A stretch of DNA of 64,000 nt from Geopsychrobacteraceae bacterium. Lineage in GTDB: Bacteria; Desulfobacterota; Desulfuromonadia; Desulfuromonadales; Geopsychrobacteraceae. This document shows, one piece after another, positions 35,661 through 46,073 of the stretch. Each line of letters opens with the position of its first letter. The first letter of the stretch is position 1. A model generated the notes under the pieces. That model made no database searches. It was not told the origin of the DNA and worked only from the letters and a program-made list of their open reading frames with translations. The stretch lies in contig DATFMC010000034.1 in the NCBI GenBank assembly GCA_035267105.1, forward strand, positions 4,369 to 68,368, read 5' to 3'. Both the position numbers and the translations under genes were made by a program.

Positions 35661-36335
35661 CTATTGACCCCGCTCCATCCGCTCGACGATATTGAGGAAT
35701 TCCTGGCTGAAGTTATCCATCTCGCCGATCAGGACGTTAACCTTATTGAGAAAATGGTTGTAACCCATAACCGCCGGAATCGCTGCTGCCAGCCCGATAG
35801 CGGTTGCCACCAGAGCCTCGGAGATACCGGGAGCAACAACCGCCAATGAGGCGCTGCCGGTTTGTCCGATCCCCTGAAAGGCATCCATGATCCCCCAGAC
35901 CGTTCCAAACAGACCGATAAACGGTGCGGTCGAACCGGTTGTGGCCAGAAAAGTCAGGTATTTCTCCAGTCGGTGGGTTTCCTGCGTGCTCGCCCGGCGC
36001 AAAGCTCGCGCGACGTTCCCGGTCCCGCCCAGGTCTGTCGAAAGCTCGTCATCCTCGACACCTGCGATTGAGCGTTTTTTAAACTGAAGCAGTTCATGGT
36101 ATCCCTCACGAAACAGGATCGCCAACGGAGAGTTGGTGAAATCACGGACTCCCTGCCCGATGATATCGAAACGTTTCTTGGCCCAGAAAAAGTCCAGAAA
36201 CCGATCTGAATCCTTGATGGCCTGTTGGATCACCCGAAATTTGTAAAAGATGATCGCCCAGGACACCAGCGAAAAATAGACCAGAATAAGCAGCACCAGT
36301 TTAACGATCGGGCCTGCCTGAAGTACTAGATCCAA
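35661..36335 (-). CDS. tolQ: TolQ/ExbB proton channel protein
   Basis: 224 aa. MotA/TolQ/ExbB signature APFIGLFGTVWGIM. Confidence 0.9.
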   Translation of the reverse strand: MDLVLQAGPIVKLVLLILVYFSLVSWAIIFYKFRVIQQAIKDSDRFLDFFWAKKRFDIIGQGVRDFTNSPLAILFREGYHELLQFKKRSIAGVEDDELSTDLGGTGNVARALRRASTQETHRLEKYLTFLATTGSTAPFIGLFGTVWGIMDAFQGIGQTGSASLAVVAPGISEALVATAIGLAAAIPAVMGYNHFLNKVNVLIGEMDNFSQEFLNIVERMERGQ

Positions 36336-36478
36336 AGCAATTCTCCTTTGAGTAATTGTCGGCGCTCAACCCCATCGGTAAGCTGCCACATAACCAATTT
36401 GATTTCAACCAATGGCAAATTATCCGGCAGCACCAACTGCAAGTCAACCGTACTTTACCTATTTTAAACAGAAGACCG

Positions 36479-37159
36479 TTATTCCGTCTCCGGCCGATGA
36501 CTCCGCAAATATTTCGCGGTCCTTGATTCGGGAGAACGTCGCAGAAAGCGTTGCAGCGCGCCGGGATCGTCCAGATCATCCCAGGCAGGTAACAAAAAAT
36601 ATTCAATCCCTGAAGCTTCAGCGCGCTGCCGAGTCAACGACAGCACATCAGCCGAACTCCAGGGCATATCCTCAAACAAATGTGGACAATGACATGACTC
36701 GCCGATCAAGACATATCCACCGTCATGCGCCGGGGCGAGAACCAAAGAATAGGAAGAAAGAGCTGCAAATGCCTGGTCTACCAGAAGCAAGGGCAAATCC
36801 GGACTATCGCTGCCGATCAGCATTGCCTGTTGATAGCCTTGCTGAAGAAACTGCCGAAGGACATTTTCCATCCGTGCACCCAGATCATCCCCGTGCTGTT
36901 CATACAGTTCAACACCTGGAAAAGTTTGTCGAAAATAGTTTTTATCGCCGCTGTAGCAGAGAACCAGATCAAAGTCTCCGTCAGCCATGGTCGCAACCGT
37001 CTCGAGAAGAGAGGTATGATAGAGCCCTGCAGCCTGTTCGGCAGAGAGATGAGGGGTCAGTCGCGTTTTCACTTGGCCCGGGATGGGTTCCTTGGCAAAA
37101 ACACCAAGAACTCTGGTAGACCTCGGCAGGTTATCCACGCTTTCCACAGACTTATCCAC
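36479..37159 (-). CDS. DUF2064/TIGR04282-type glycosyltransferase-like protein (start uncertain; GTG at 37159 proposed)
   Basis: VLGVFAKEPIPGQVKTRL...IGSDSPDLP...APAHDGGYVLIG are typical of DUF2064. The long ORF from 37264 would overlap folE2 by 95 nt. Confidence 0.65.
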   Translation of the reverse strand: MDKSVESVDNLPRSTRVLGVFAKEPIPGQVKTRLTPHLSAEQAAGLYHTSLLETVATMADGDFDLVLCYSGDKNYFRQTFPGVELYEQHGDDLGARMENVLRQFLQQGYQQAMLIGSDSPDLPLLLVDQAFAALSSYSLVLAPAHDGGYVLIGESCHCPHLFEDMPWSSADVLSLTRQRAEASGIEYFLLPAWDDLDDPGALQRFLRRSPESRTAKYLRSHRPETE

Positions 37160-37169
37160 AGCCCGCGCG

Positions 37170-37955
37170 TTACCTTTGAAATTCGACCTGGGCGTAGGCC
37201 GAATGGTTGTGAATCGATTCAAAGTTTTCACACTGAACCTGAAACCAGGTAATCTCCGGAACACTCTTCAACTTTTCGGTTATCGCCCGAACCATATCCT
37301 CAACAAACATTGGATTATCATATGCCTGCTCAGTAACAGCTTTTTCATCTTCTCGCTTCAGCAGGGAATAGACCGGAGCACTGGCGCAGCCCTCCACCCA
37401 CTCGATTAAATCTTCCAACCAGATATGATCCCGGTAGCGAATCTGAACACTTACCATGCTTCGCTGATTGTGGGCACCGCGGTCGCTGATCTCTTTAGAG
37501 CAGGGGCAGAGCGATGTCACCGGAACCCTCGCTTCAAGAATGAAATCAAACGTCTCGCCAAGAATGCCGAGCATCCGACATTGGTATTCCATCAGGCCAC
37601 GCGCCCCGGAAGCGGGCGCCCGCTTTTCTATGAAGTAAGGAAACTCCAGTTCAAGGTGAGCGCTGCCCGCCTCAAGCCTTTTCTTCATCTCGGCCAGAAT
37701 TGTTTCGAGGTTGTTGACGCCGATCGCACCATGATAAAGGTTGAGTACTTCGATAAAGCGACTCATGTGAGTCCCTTTGAAATGGTGCGGCAGATCAACA
37801 AACATGTTGACCCGCGCCACTGTGTGTTGCTCTTCGCGATGTTTATCCTGCACCACAATAGGATAACGGATATCCTTGACACCGACCTTGTCGATGGCAA
37901 TGTTTCGGTTATCGCGGCTCTGCTGCATGTCAGGCATTTGGCCCATACGGTTCAA
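37170..37955 (-). CDS. folE2: GTP cyclohydrolase FolE2 (type IB)
   Basis: MPDMQQSRDNRNIAIDKVGVKDIRYPIVV..., ...HFKGTHMSRF..., ...CPCSKEIS.... Confidence 0.88.
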   Translation of the reverse strand: MNRMGQMPDMQQSRDNRNIAIDKVGVKDIRYPIVVQDKHREEQHTVARVNMFVDLPHHFKGTHMSRFIEVLNLYHGAIGVNNLETILAEMKKRLEAGSAHLELEFPYFIEKRAPASGARGLMEYQCRMLGILGETFDFILEARVPVTSLCPCSKEISDRGAHNQRSMVSVQIRYRDHIWLEDLIEWVEGCASAPVYSLLKREDEKAVTEQAYDNPMFVEDMVRAITEKLKSVPEITWFQVQCENFESIHNHSAYAQVEFQR

Positions 37956-37976
37956 CCTCAGGTATCGAGAAACTGC

Positions 37977-38654
37977 TCAGCTGATGTAATCGACCGGATC
38001 AATGAGTCCCGCTTCCAAAAAGCCCTTAAGTCGCAGCAAACAGGAATCGCAACTGCCACAGGAGCGACCGGCCGAATCGGGATCATAGCAGGAATGGGTC
38101 AGCCGGTAATCGACCCCCAGCGCGACCCCCTGCTGGATAATCTGTGCCTTGGTCAGATCGATCAACGGGGCATGAATCCGGTAGGGAATGTTACCTTCAA
38201 CCCCGGCCCGCGTCGCAAGGTTGGCCATGGCTTGAAACGACTCGATAAACTCGGGGCGACAATCAGGGTACCCCGAATAATCGAGAGCATTGACACCAAT
38301 ATAGATATCACTCGACCCCAGCACTTCCGCCCAACCCAGGGCAAACGACAGAAAGATGGTGTTGCGGGCGGGAACATAAGTAATCGGGATGTCGTCTTCA
38401 CTTGAGCCATCCTTGGGGACCTCGATATCAGCCGTCAGAGCGCTCCCCCCCATCTTCCGCAAATCGATATCGACAACCATGTGGTCTCTGGCTCCGATCA
38501 AGGGCGCGTAATCCCGTGCTTTGTCCAGTTCGACTGAATGTCGCTGTCCATAGGCAAAGCTGAGAGCATAGGGCTCAAACCCCTGATTGCGGGCTATCGC
38601 CATGCAGGTCGTCGAGTCGAGGCCGCCGCTATAGAGAACAACTGCTTTTTTCAT
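37977..38654 (-). CDS. queC: 7-cyano-7-deazaguanine synthase QueC
   Basis: [16 protein letters not shown]-loop and a C-terminal Zn site: CYDP...CGSCDSC. Confidence 0.92.
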   Translation of the reverse strand: MKKAVVLYSGGLDSTTCMAIARNQGFEPYALSFAYGQRHSVELDKARDYAPLIGARDHMVVDIDLRKMGGSALTADIEVPKDGSSEDDIPITYVPARNTIFLSFALGWAEVLGSSDIYIGVNALDYSGYPDCRPEFIESFQAMANLATRAGVEGNIPYRIHAPLIDLTKAQIIQQGVALGVDYRLTHSCYDPDSAGRSCGSCDSCLLRLKGFLEAGLIDPVDYIS

Positions 38655-38733
38655 TCTTTTCTATCCTTATACAATGAAGCATCAACCGCGAGCATAATCG
38701 GTTTGTCATCGAATGGTCAACTCATTGACCGTC

Positions 38734-40170
38734 TTAAGAATCACTGCTCTGAAGGCGATGAACCTTAAGCAGGTTGGTGGTGCCAGGGGCGGACATCGGG
38801 CTGCCCATGGTAAGGACAACCACCTCGCCGTCTTTCAGCAACCCGGATGCGAGGACAGCATCTGCCACCGACACGATCTGTGCTTCGGTGCTCCCCTCAA
38901 TGTCGACCCTCAGCGATCTGATCCCTGAATAGAGCGCCAACCGTCTGCGGACTTTTTGTGATGGAGTCACCGCAAGCACCGGCATATTCGGACGATATTT
39001 AGCAACCAGCGCAGCAGTGCTGCCGGTCTGGGTAAACGCCAGGATCGCTGTCGCGCCAACATTTTCCGCAACCTGGCAGGCAGCCTGGCCGATCGCTTCA
39101 GTCAGAGGAGAAGAACCGTCACTATCGGGCATCAGCGCATGGATTCTCTTATGGAGGCGAGAGTCGGTCTCAACATCACGGGCCACCCGATCCATAACCT
39201 TCACTGCCTCTATCGGATAAGACCCGGACGCGGTTTCCCCCGACAGCATCACCGCATCGGTTCCATCTAAAATGGCATTGGCAACATCCGAAGTTTCTGC
39301 GCGGGTCGGACGCGGGTTCTGGATCATGCTTTCCAACATTTGAGTCGCCGTGATCACCGGTTTGCCTGCCAGATTGCATTGACGGATAATATTTTTTTGA
39401 ATCAGTGGCACCCGTTCGGAAAGAATCTCTACTCCCAAATCCCCCCGTGCCACCATGATCCCATCGGAAGAGTCAAGAATAGCGGCAAAATTATCGACAG
39501 CCTCCGGCTTTTCGATCTTGGCGATGACCTTCAGTTCCGACCCTGCCCTGGACAGAATCTCTTTTAACTTCTGGACTTCATCTGCCGCTCTGACGAAAGA
39601 GAGTGCCACCCAGTCGATACTCTGCTCGATACAGAACTGCAGATCTTGCCGGTCTTTTTCGGTCATAGCCGGAGCAGACACCTTCACCCCCGGAAGGTTG
39701 ATCCCCTTGCGATCTTTGAGCAAACCACCAACCCGGACCAGACACTGAACCTCGTTGCCGTCCGTACCCAGGACCTCCAGCTCAAGCTGTCCGTCATCAA
39801 GGAGAATCTGGTTCCCGACCACCACATCTTGTGGCAGGTTTTTGTAGCTTGTCGGAATAATTCCGTCTGCACCTTCTCTCTGGTCAGTCGTGATTATAAC
39901 CTTCTGCCCCACTTTCAGTATCTGCTCGCCATCTCGCATCAGTCCGGTTCTGATTTTCGGACCCTGCAGGTCGCCAAGGATGGAAACAGCCCGCTCATAT
40001 TTGCGAGATAGTTCGCGGATTGTTTTTATCCAGACCCGCTTCTGCTCTTGTTCTCCATGCGAAAAATTCAGGCGGAACACATCGACACCAGCAACAAGAA
40101 GGGCTTCCAGCCCTTTCTGATCTTCACAGGCAGGCCCCACGGTGGCTACAATTTTTGTCCGTCGGATCAT
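38734..40170 (-). CDS. pyk: Pyruvate kinase
   Basis: MIRRTKIVATVGPA..., RLNFSHG, MVARGDLGVE. AAGGAGAGAAA RBS before the ATG at 40170. Confidence 0.93.
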   Translation of the reverse strand: MIRRTKIVATVGPACEDQKGLEALLVAGVDVFRLNFSHGEQEQKRVWIKTIRELSRKYERAVSILGDLQGPKIRTGLMRDGEQILKVGQKVIITTDQREGADGIIPTSYKNLPQDVVVGNQILLDDGQLELEVLGTDGNEVQCLVRVGGLLKDRKGINLPGVKVSAPAMTEKDRQDLQFCIEQSIDWVALSFVRAADEVQKLKEILSRAGSELKVIAKIEKPEAVDNFAAILDSSDGIMVARGDLGVEILSERVPLIQKNIIRQCNLAGKPVITATQMLESMIQNPRPTRAETSDVANAILDGTDAVMLSGETASGSYPIEAVKVMDRVARDVETDSRLHKRIHALMPDSDGSSPLTEAIGQAACQVAENVGATAILAFTQTGSTAALVAKYRPNMPVLAVTPSQKVRRRLALYSGIRSLRVDIEGSTEAQIVSVADAVLASGLLKDGEVVVLTMGSPMSAPGTTNLLKVHRLQSSDS

Positions 40171-40383
40171 TTTCTCTCCTTTGACCACATCTCAACCGAT
40201 AACATGCGGTTATCCTACTCTCCGCTCTGACAAAGTTCAACTCTGCAGTATTACAATTCGCAGAGTCTGGACCTGTCCGGTCATCGTGAAAGTTGCCCTG
40301 CTTTTGATGAGCATGGTATAAACTACGGTCGGACCGGAAAAACAGATCATCTCTTTAGAAGATAAGGGCTTTTGGCTTACTCC

Positions 40384-42816
40384 ATGAAATTTTCACTAAA
40401 AAAAATAACCCTTCGCAGCATATTCTCCACACTTCTCTGGTGCCTGCTTGGTGGCACTGTTCTGGGCACATCAGCTCTTGTCGGAGCCTATTTCTACGTG
40501 TCCAGCACTCTGCCACGCGTCGAAACCCTGGCGGATTATCGTCCCCCTCTGATCACCCGAATCTATAGTGACGACGGAACAATTATCGCCGAATACTCTA
40601 AAGAACGGCGGGTGCTGGTCGCCATTGAGCAGATGCCCCGCCAGCTGACCCAGGCTTTTGTGGCCGCAGAGGATTCCAGCTTTTTTAAACACCAGGGAAT
40701 CGATTTCCAATCAATCCTGCGCGCAGCCCTGAAAAACGTCAGGGCCGGCGGGATCGCCCAGGGTGGCAGTACCATCACCCAGCAGGTGGCTAAAAAACTC
40801 CTGCTGACCTCAGAGAGAACCTTCACCCGCAAGTTCAAGGAAGCCATTCTGGCCTGGCGGATGGAACAACACCTGACCAAAGAGGAAATTCTCTATCTCT
40901 ATCTGAACCAGATCTATCTCGGCCATCGCGCCTACGGGGTTGAAGCTGCAGCTGAAAATTACTTTGACAAAAATGTTGAGCAGTTAACCCTCGCCGAATG
41001 CGCAATTCTGGCAGGCCTGCCTCAGGCGCCAAGTCGCTATTCTCCTTATCGCCATTATCAACGAGCCATGGCTCGGCAACATTACGTTCTGGGGCGGATG
41101 GTCAATGAAGGGTTTATCAGTCAGCAGGAGGCGGATGAGGCCGCCGCTGAAGAAGTGGCCATCAAGCCGCGCTTAAATACCCACATGGAAGAGACTGCCT
41201 ACTTCAATGAACAGGTCAGGCGTTACCTGGAGGAACGTTTCGGTACAGAGATGCTTTATTCCGGAGGACTGGAGATTCACACCAGCCTTAACCTCACGAT
41301 GCAACAGGCCGCCCGCGAAGCAGTCCGGGAAAACCTGCGCAACCATGATAAGAGACGCGGTTATCGTGGCCCGGAACAGATTCTGGCTGCGGAAGAGTGG
41401 TCCACCTTTCTTGCCACGCAGCAAGAAGAACTGACGGAAGAAAAACCACAGGTTGGCAGCTTTTTGCAGGCACTGGTTATCGATGGAACTGAAACAGAAA
41501 TTCGTTGTCTGGTAGGAGAAATGAAGGGTGTCATCCCGCTAAAAGAAACCAGGTGGGCCGCCCCTATTGCCGTGGTTGCCGAAGGTGAAGAAGCGAGCGG
41601 CAATGTCGACCAGGGAAAACCGACCCGTTTGCCGATCGGCTCAATTGTCGACGTCAGGATTCACAAGTTCGACGCTGATGGACAACTGCAACTTCGTCTG
41701 GAGCAGGCGCCACTGGCACAGGGTGCGCTGATTTCCATGTCCCCTGCGGATGGACAGATTAAAGCGATGGTTGGGGGATACGATTTTGGTGAAAGCCAAT
41801 TTAACCGAGCGATTCAGGCAATGCGCCTGCCCGGCTCGGCGATCAAGCCGATTATCTATGCTGCGGCCCTCGACAAAGGCTACAGTCCCGCCAGCGTCAT
41901 ACTCGATACCCCACTGATCTACGAAGAGAAAAATGAAGACGGCAAGCTGAGTGCCTGGAAACCGAAGAACTATGAAGAAAAATTTTATGGACCCACCACC
42001 TTTCGGCAGGCTTTGGCTCATTCGCGCAACGTTATCACTGTGAAAATTCTTGAGGATATCGGGGTTGGCTACGTTGCCAACTATGCCCGTAAGCTCGGGA
42101 TTGAAACTCCACTGACCAGAGACTTGACTCTGGCCCTCGGTTCAACTGCCGTGACTCCACTGGAGATGCTCTCGGCCTACAGCGTATTTGCCAGCGGCGG
42201 GATTCTGGCTCCGCCGACCTACATTACGAAAATTCTCGATCGGGACGGACGGATTCTCGAATCGATCGATCCGGCAGATTTTGCAAACGGGATGGCAGCT
42301 GACCAACGTCTGATCCGACGACCACCACGACGCGTGATCTCACCGGAAACCGCCTATCTGATTACCAATATCATGGAGAGCGTCGTACGGGAGGGAACCG
42401 GTTGGCGAGCGAAAGCAATCGGACGCCCTTCAGCAGGAAAAACCGGAACTACCAACGATCTGAAAGACGCCTGGTATATCGGCTATATCCCCCAACTGGC
42501 CACTGTCTCATGGACCGGTTACGATCAGGAGCGGCCGCTGGGCAAAAGTGAAACCGGCTCCAGGGCAGCGGCTCCGGCCTGGACAGCCTTCATGACCGAA
42601 GCGGTCAAACAGTATTCGGTTCAGGAATTTACGGTCCCTGACAGCATTGAATTCCACCCCATCGACACTAAAACCGGATTGCTTTTGGAAGGAGACAGCG
42701 AACAGGCCTACTTCGAAGCCTTTGCCCCCGGTACGGCCCCTGTCCGTTACGCACTTGATGAGCAACAACCGAAAGCGAGCGATTTTTTCCGCCTTGATCT
42801 GGAAGAAACCTTTTAA
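40384..42816 (+). CDS. mrcA: Penicillin-binding protein 1A (bifunctional transglycosylase/transpeptidase)
   Basis: GT51 motifs EDSSFFKHQGID and GGSTITQQ. Transpeptidase motifs SAIKP and KTGTTND. A TTG at 40372 is an alternative start. Confidence 0.92.
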   Translation: MKFSLKKITLRSIFSTLLWCLLGGTVLGTSALVGAYFYVSSTLPRVETLADYRPPLITRIYSDDGTIIAEYSKERRVLVAIEQMPRQLTQAFVAAEDSSFFKHQGIDFQSILRAALKNVRAGGIAQGGSTITQQVAKKLLLTSERTFTRKFKEAILAWRMEQHLTKEEILYLYLNQIYLGHRAYGVEAAAENYFDKNVEQLTLAECAILAGLPQAPSRYSPYRHYQRAMARQHYVLGRMVNEGFISQQEADEAAAEEVAIKPRLNTHMEETAYFNEQVRRYLEERFGTEMLYSGGLEIHTSLNLTMQQAAREAVRENLRNHDKRRGYRGPEQILAAEEWSTFLATQQEELTEEKPQVGSFLQALVIDGTETEIRCLVGEMKGVIPLKETRWAAPIAVVAEGEEASGNVDQGKPTRLPIGSIVDVRIHKFDADGQLQLRLEQAPLAQGALISMSPADGQIKAMVGGYDFGESQFNRAIQAMRLPGSAIKPIIYAAALDKGYSPASVILDTPLIYEEKNEDGKLSAWKPKNYEEKFYGPTTFRQALAHSRNVITVKILEDIGVGYVANYARKLGIETPLTRDLTLALGSTAVTPLEMLSAYSVFASGGILAPPTYITKILDRDGRILESIDPADFANGMAADQRLIRRPPRRVISPETAYLITNIMESVVREGTGWRAKAIGRPSAGKTGTTNDLKDAWYIGYIPQLATVSWTGYDQERPLGKSETGSRAAAPAWTAFMTEAVKQYSVQEFTVPDSIEFHPIDTKTGLLLEGDSEQAYFEAFAPGTAPVRYALDEQQPKASDFFRLDLEETF

Positions 42817-42888
42817 CAGCATCCCTTCTCCTTGACTAGTTAACCATTTTAGTGATAGTTTATAAAATCAATTCGACATGGAGCCATT

Positions 42889-43332
42889 ATGGGATTCCGC
42901 TACCAGGGTACGGAAACCGAGGCTCTGGCACTCGGTAGTTACATCAAACTTCAGCGTGCCGCAGACTCTGTTTCAAGCCGTGCCCTCAAGCATCTTTTAC
43001 AGGCAAAACTCAGCACCAGCCAGTTCGGGGTTCTCGAATGCCTATATCACCTGGGGCCTCTTTGCCAGCGGGACATCGGTCGGAAAATCCTGAAAAGCAG
43101 CGGTAATATATCCACTGTGATCGACAATCTGGAGAAAAGAGGTTATGTTTCAAGACAGCGAAGTGACGAAGATCGTCGCTATATCAAAGTTGACCTGACA
43201 GAGAATGGTAAAAATCTGATTTCAGGGATTTTTCCGCAACATGTTGAAGAAGTTGTTTCTCAAATGAACATACTGACCGCACGTGAACAACATCAGTTGT
43301 CCCGGCTTTGCAAAAAACTGGGGCGCCCCTAA
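42889..43332 (+). CDS. MarR family transcriptional regulator
   Basis: 147 aa. Winged-helix region LSTSQFGVLECLYHLGPLCQRDIGRKILKSSGNISTVIDNLEKRGYV. Confidence 0.85.
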   Translation: MGFRYQGTETEALALGSYIKLQRAADSVSSRALKHLLQAKLSTSQFGVLECLYHLGPLCQRDIGRKILKSSGNISTVIDNLEKRGYVSRQRSDEDRRYIKVDLTENGKNLISGIFPQHVEEVVSQMNILTAREQHQLSRLCKKLGRP

Positions 43333-43384
43333 CAAAGGTGGTGGCAATTCTTTATTGCTGATCATCAACGAAAGGAGGAGCGTT

Positions 43385-43570
43385 ATGAAGAAGTCTTCGA
43401 TAGCAAACCGCACTCCTATTTTTCTGAGTCGTTCCGCGATATGGCATCCGGCATCTCAGAAAACGGTCAACATGGATGCTGTCTCTTCGGAAAATCACAA
43501 AAACATGCACGGATCAAGACCGCTCTCCGCAAAAGTTCTCATTACCATTTCCAATCGAAACAACAGGTAA
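43385..43570 (+). CDS. Small hypothetical protein (61 aa) downstream of marR
   Basis: Strong AAAGGAGGAG RBS 5 nt before the ATG. No recognisable motif. Confidence 0.3.
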   Translation: MKKSSIANRTPIFLSRSAIWHPASQKTVNMDAVSSENHKNMHGSRPLSAKVLITISNRNNR

Positions 43571-43591
43571 CTCATTTCCATAAAGGTCAAA

Positions 43592-43633
43592 CCAAACAGC
43601 CCCGCAGAACTTATGCTCTGCGGGGCTGTTTGG
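43592..43633. terminator. Bidirectional intrinsic terminator between convergent genes
   Basis: CCAAACAGCCCCGCAGA-N8-TCTGCGGGGCTGTTTGG. Confidence 0.8.
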
Positions 43634-43657
43634 TCCGGCTCATTTAAAAGAAGGCGG

Positions 43658-44341
43658 TTAGCGTTCCGGGGTGAGAAGAATGTCGGTAAAAATTCCATCG
43701 ACGCCGATCTGTTGTAACCGCCTCAGATCAACCGGCCGGTTTACAGTAAAAACAAACAGACGCAATCCTCGCTGATGAGCCCTCTCAACAAGCTTCTCAG
43801 AGACCAGTGGCAAATCAACATGAAGAGACCAGACGTTCAACTCATGGACTAACTGCCATAAGTTTTCCGGCTCTCGATCATAGACAACTGCCACGCGTAA
43901 ATCCGGCTGGAGAACTCTGAATTCTCTAAGTTCTTGCAGGCTGAGTGAAGAGACAAGAACATCCGTTTCTTTCAAGCGACCCAGACGAAACCATTCTTTA
44001 AGGAATAATGCGGTCGGTGCTGCACTGCCATGACCTTTCAATTCGACATTGATGACTGCACGCCCGGCGATCAACTCAAAGACCTCACTCAGCAGGGGAA
44101 TCTTCTCTCCACACCCGGCGTCGAGTATTTTTAGCTCTTCCTGTTTGTAGTCACCCACCTTTCCCGTGCCATTTGTGGTTCTATTGAGAAGCTCATCATG
44201 GATAACGACCAGTTGCCCGTCCGCCGTAACATGAACATCCAGCTCTATCCATAGAGCTCCCAACTCGAGCGCTTTACCAAACGCCAGCAGGGTATTCTCC
44301 GGATAGTCGCCGCTCGCTCCACGATGAGCAATACGAATCAT
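43658..44341 (-). CDS. Glycerophosphodiester phosphodiesterase
   Basis: MIRIAHRGASGDYPENTLLAF...ELDVH... GDPD motifs. GGAGG RBS. Confidence 0.85.
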   Translation of the reverse strand: MIRIAHRGASGDYPENTLLAFGKALELGALWIELDVHVTADGQLVVIHDELLNRTTNGTGKVGDYKQEELKILDAGCGEKIPLLSEVFELIAGRAVINVELKGHGSAAPTALFLKEWFRLGRLKETDVLVSSLSLQELREFRVLQPDLRVAVVYDREPENLWQLVHELNVWSLHVDLPLVSEKLVERAHQRGLRLFVFTVNRPVDLRRLQQIGVDGIFTDILLTPER

Positions 44342-44360
44342 TGCCGTCCCTCCTGAGAGC

Positions 44361-45017
44361 TCAAAGTCGGACCAACCGATAGACTTCCTCACTGACCTCG
44401 GTCAGCCCGGAAGCCCTGAATCGTGGTGGAATCTCTCCTGTCGCCTCCCTGACCAACAGTTCAACCTCAAACAAGCCGGAAAACAGGGCCACCATCTCCT
44501 GCTGCGGGACCGCAAATGGTGGCCCGTCCATTAAACTCTGATCATAGGTGTAACTGATGACCAGCATAGCTGTTTCAATCACGACCAGATCCGCAAGGTG
44601 TCGCACATAATCTCGTCTCATCTCCGGCGGCAAAGCGACCAGTGCTGCTCGGTCGTATACAGCAGTAACCGGGCCCAAAACCTTTGCCGTCAACTTGAAA
44701 TAATCTCCACAGAACAGCCGTAAATGTTCAGCCCGAAAACAGAGAAAAGGGCCACATGTTTCAACTTTTGGCTCAATCTCGTTTTCGTGGAAAAACGCCC
44801 TGACCGCTTGCTCACTTAGTTCAATCCCGACGACCTCATACCCCTGCTCAATCAACCAGAGCAGATCCCGGCTCTTACCGCAAAGAGGAGCAAAGACCTT
44901 ATCCCCCTCTGATAAATCCAAAGTCGGAAAGAAACGAATCAGAAATGGGTTGATCCCGGACTGATGGAAACCGATCTCATTCCGCTCCCAGCGATTATGC
45001 CAAAAGTTAGATCTCAT
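44361..45017 (-). CDS. tpm: Thiopurine S-methyltransferase family protein
   Basis: FWHNRWERNEIGFHQ...VFAPLCGKSRDLLWL...YDRAALVALPPEMR are TPMT hallmarks. Confidence 0.85.
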   Translation of the reverse strand: MRSNFWHNRWERNEIGFHQSGINPFLIRFFPTLDLSEGDKVFAPLCGKSRDLLWLIEQGYEVVGIELSEQAVRAFFHENEIEPKVETCGPFLCFRAEHLRLFCGDYFKLTAKVLGPVTAVYDRAALVALPPEMRRDYVRHLADLVVIETAMLVISYTYDQSLMDGPPFAVPQQEMVALFSGLFEVELLVREATGEIPPRFRASGLTEVSEEVYRLVRL

Positions 45018-45103
45018 CTTTTTCTCGCTCTTTTTTCTGGCTGAATCGCCCAAAGAGGCATATCTTAGCCAGCTGGTTACAGCCTACCGAACTGGAGTGC
45101 ATC

Positions 45104-46015
45104 GTGACAAAAAACAGTAATCTGATCGCGCAGATCAGTCTGGTCTGCGCAATGATTCTTTGGGCAAGCTCATTGGTCGCTCTGAAAATGGCCTTTCAAG
45201 GATACCATCCCATGCAGGTTGTTTTCGGCCGGATGCTGGTGGCCAGCCTTTGCTTCCTTGTGTTCATCCCCAGTTTCCGACGTATTCAATGGCGGCGTCA
45301 AGACTTCAAGTATCTGCTGATCATGGCAGTCTGTGAACCTTGTCTCTACTTTATCTTTGAAGCCAAAGCCCTGGAAAACACCAGCGCCTCGCAAGCGGGT
45401 ATGATTACTGCCATGCTGCCGCTTCTGGTCGCGATCCTGGCCTGGACTTTTCTCAAAGAACAGGTCTCCCGACAGACCTTATTTGGATTTTTTCTGGCAA
45501 TCGCCGGAGCCAGCTGGTTGAGCCTTTCAAGTGAAACCAGTGAGATGGCGCCCAACCCATTGCTGGGAAACTTTTGTGAATTCCTCGCCATGGTCTGCGC
45601 AGCAGGCTATACAGTTTCTCTAAAACATCTGACCAGCAACTACCCACCTCTCTTCCTGACCGCCTTTCAGGCGTTTCTTGGCAGCCTGTTCTTTTTTCCC
45701 TTTTTACTTTCCCCCGGGATCGGATTTCCAGACCAGTGGATGACCATTCCTGCCCTGTCTATCATCTACCTGGGAACCTTCATCACGCTGGGTGCTTATG
45801 GCCTGTACAATTTCGGCGTGAGTAAAATATCCGCCAACCATGCGGCGGCATTTGTTAATTTGATTCCTGTATTCAGTGTGTTTCTCGGCATGTTGATTCT
45901 GGGGGATAACTTGATCATTGAACAATGGCTGGCTTGCGGACTGGTCTTTATCGGGGTTTATGTCAGCCGTAGGGGAGGGGAGAAGATCCAGTCAGAAAAC
46001 CCTACTCACCAGTGA
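45104..46015 (+). CDS. DMT superfamily (EamA-type) transporter (GTG start)
   Basis: 303 aa, 10 predicted TM helices in two EamA-like halves. Confidence 0.8.
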   Translation: MTKNSNLIAQISLVCAMILWASSLVALKMAFQGYHPMQVVFGRMLVASLCFLVFIPSFRRIQWRRQDFKYLLIMAVCEPCLYFIFEAKALENTSASQAGMITAMLPLLVAILAWTFLKEQVSRQTLFGFFLAIAGASWLSLSSETSEMAPNPLLGNFCEFLAMVCAAGYTVSLKHLTSNYPPLFLTAFQAFLGSLFFFPFLLSPGIGFPDQWMTIPALSIIYLGTFITLGAYGLYNFGVSKISANHAAAFVNLIPVFSVFLGMLILGDNLIIEQWLACGLVFIGVYVSRRGGEKIQSENPTHQ

Positions 46016-46073
46016 GCTTTTCATCTCTCTGTGGTAGATTATGCTGGATGCTGTCCTCTACCGGGAGTCGAAT

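Noticed and set aside
36412-37119. 235-aa plus-strand ORF.
   Set aside because: It is antisense to the DUF2064 gene, its sequence is biased (R/P/S/A/Q-rich), and it has no RBS.
36479-38654. The queC, folE2 and DUF2064 cluster, considered as a possible novel pathway.
   Set aside because: queC with folE2 is the ordinary preQ0/queuosine precursor context. Adjacency of the DUF2064 gene alone is not enough evidence for a new system.
44361-45017. A possible link between the tpm methyltransferase (known to methylate Se/Te compounds in some bacteria) and the two selenoproteins.
   Set aside because: The genes are more than 25 kb apart, in unrelated operons, with no shared regulation visible. The link is too speculative.
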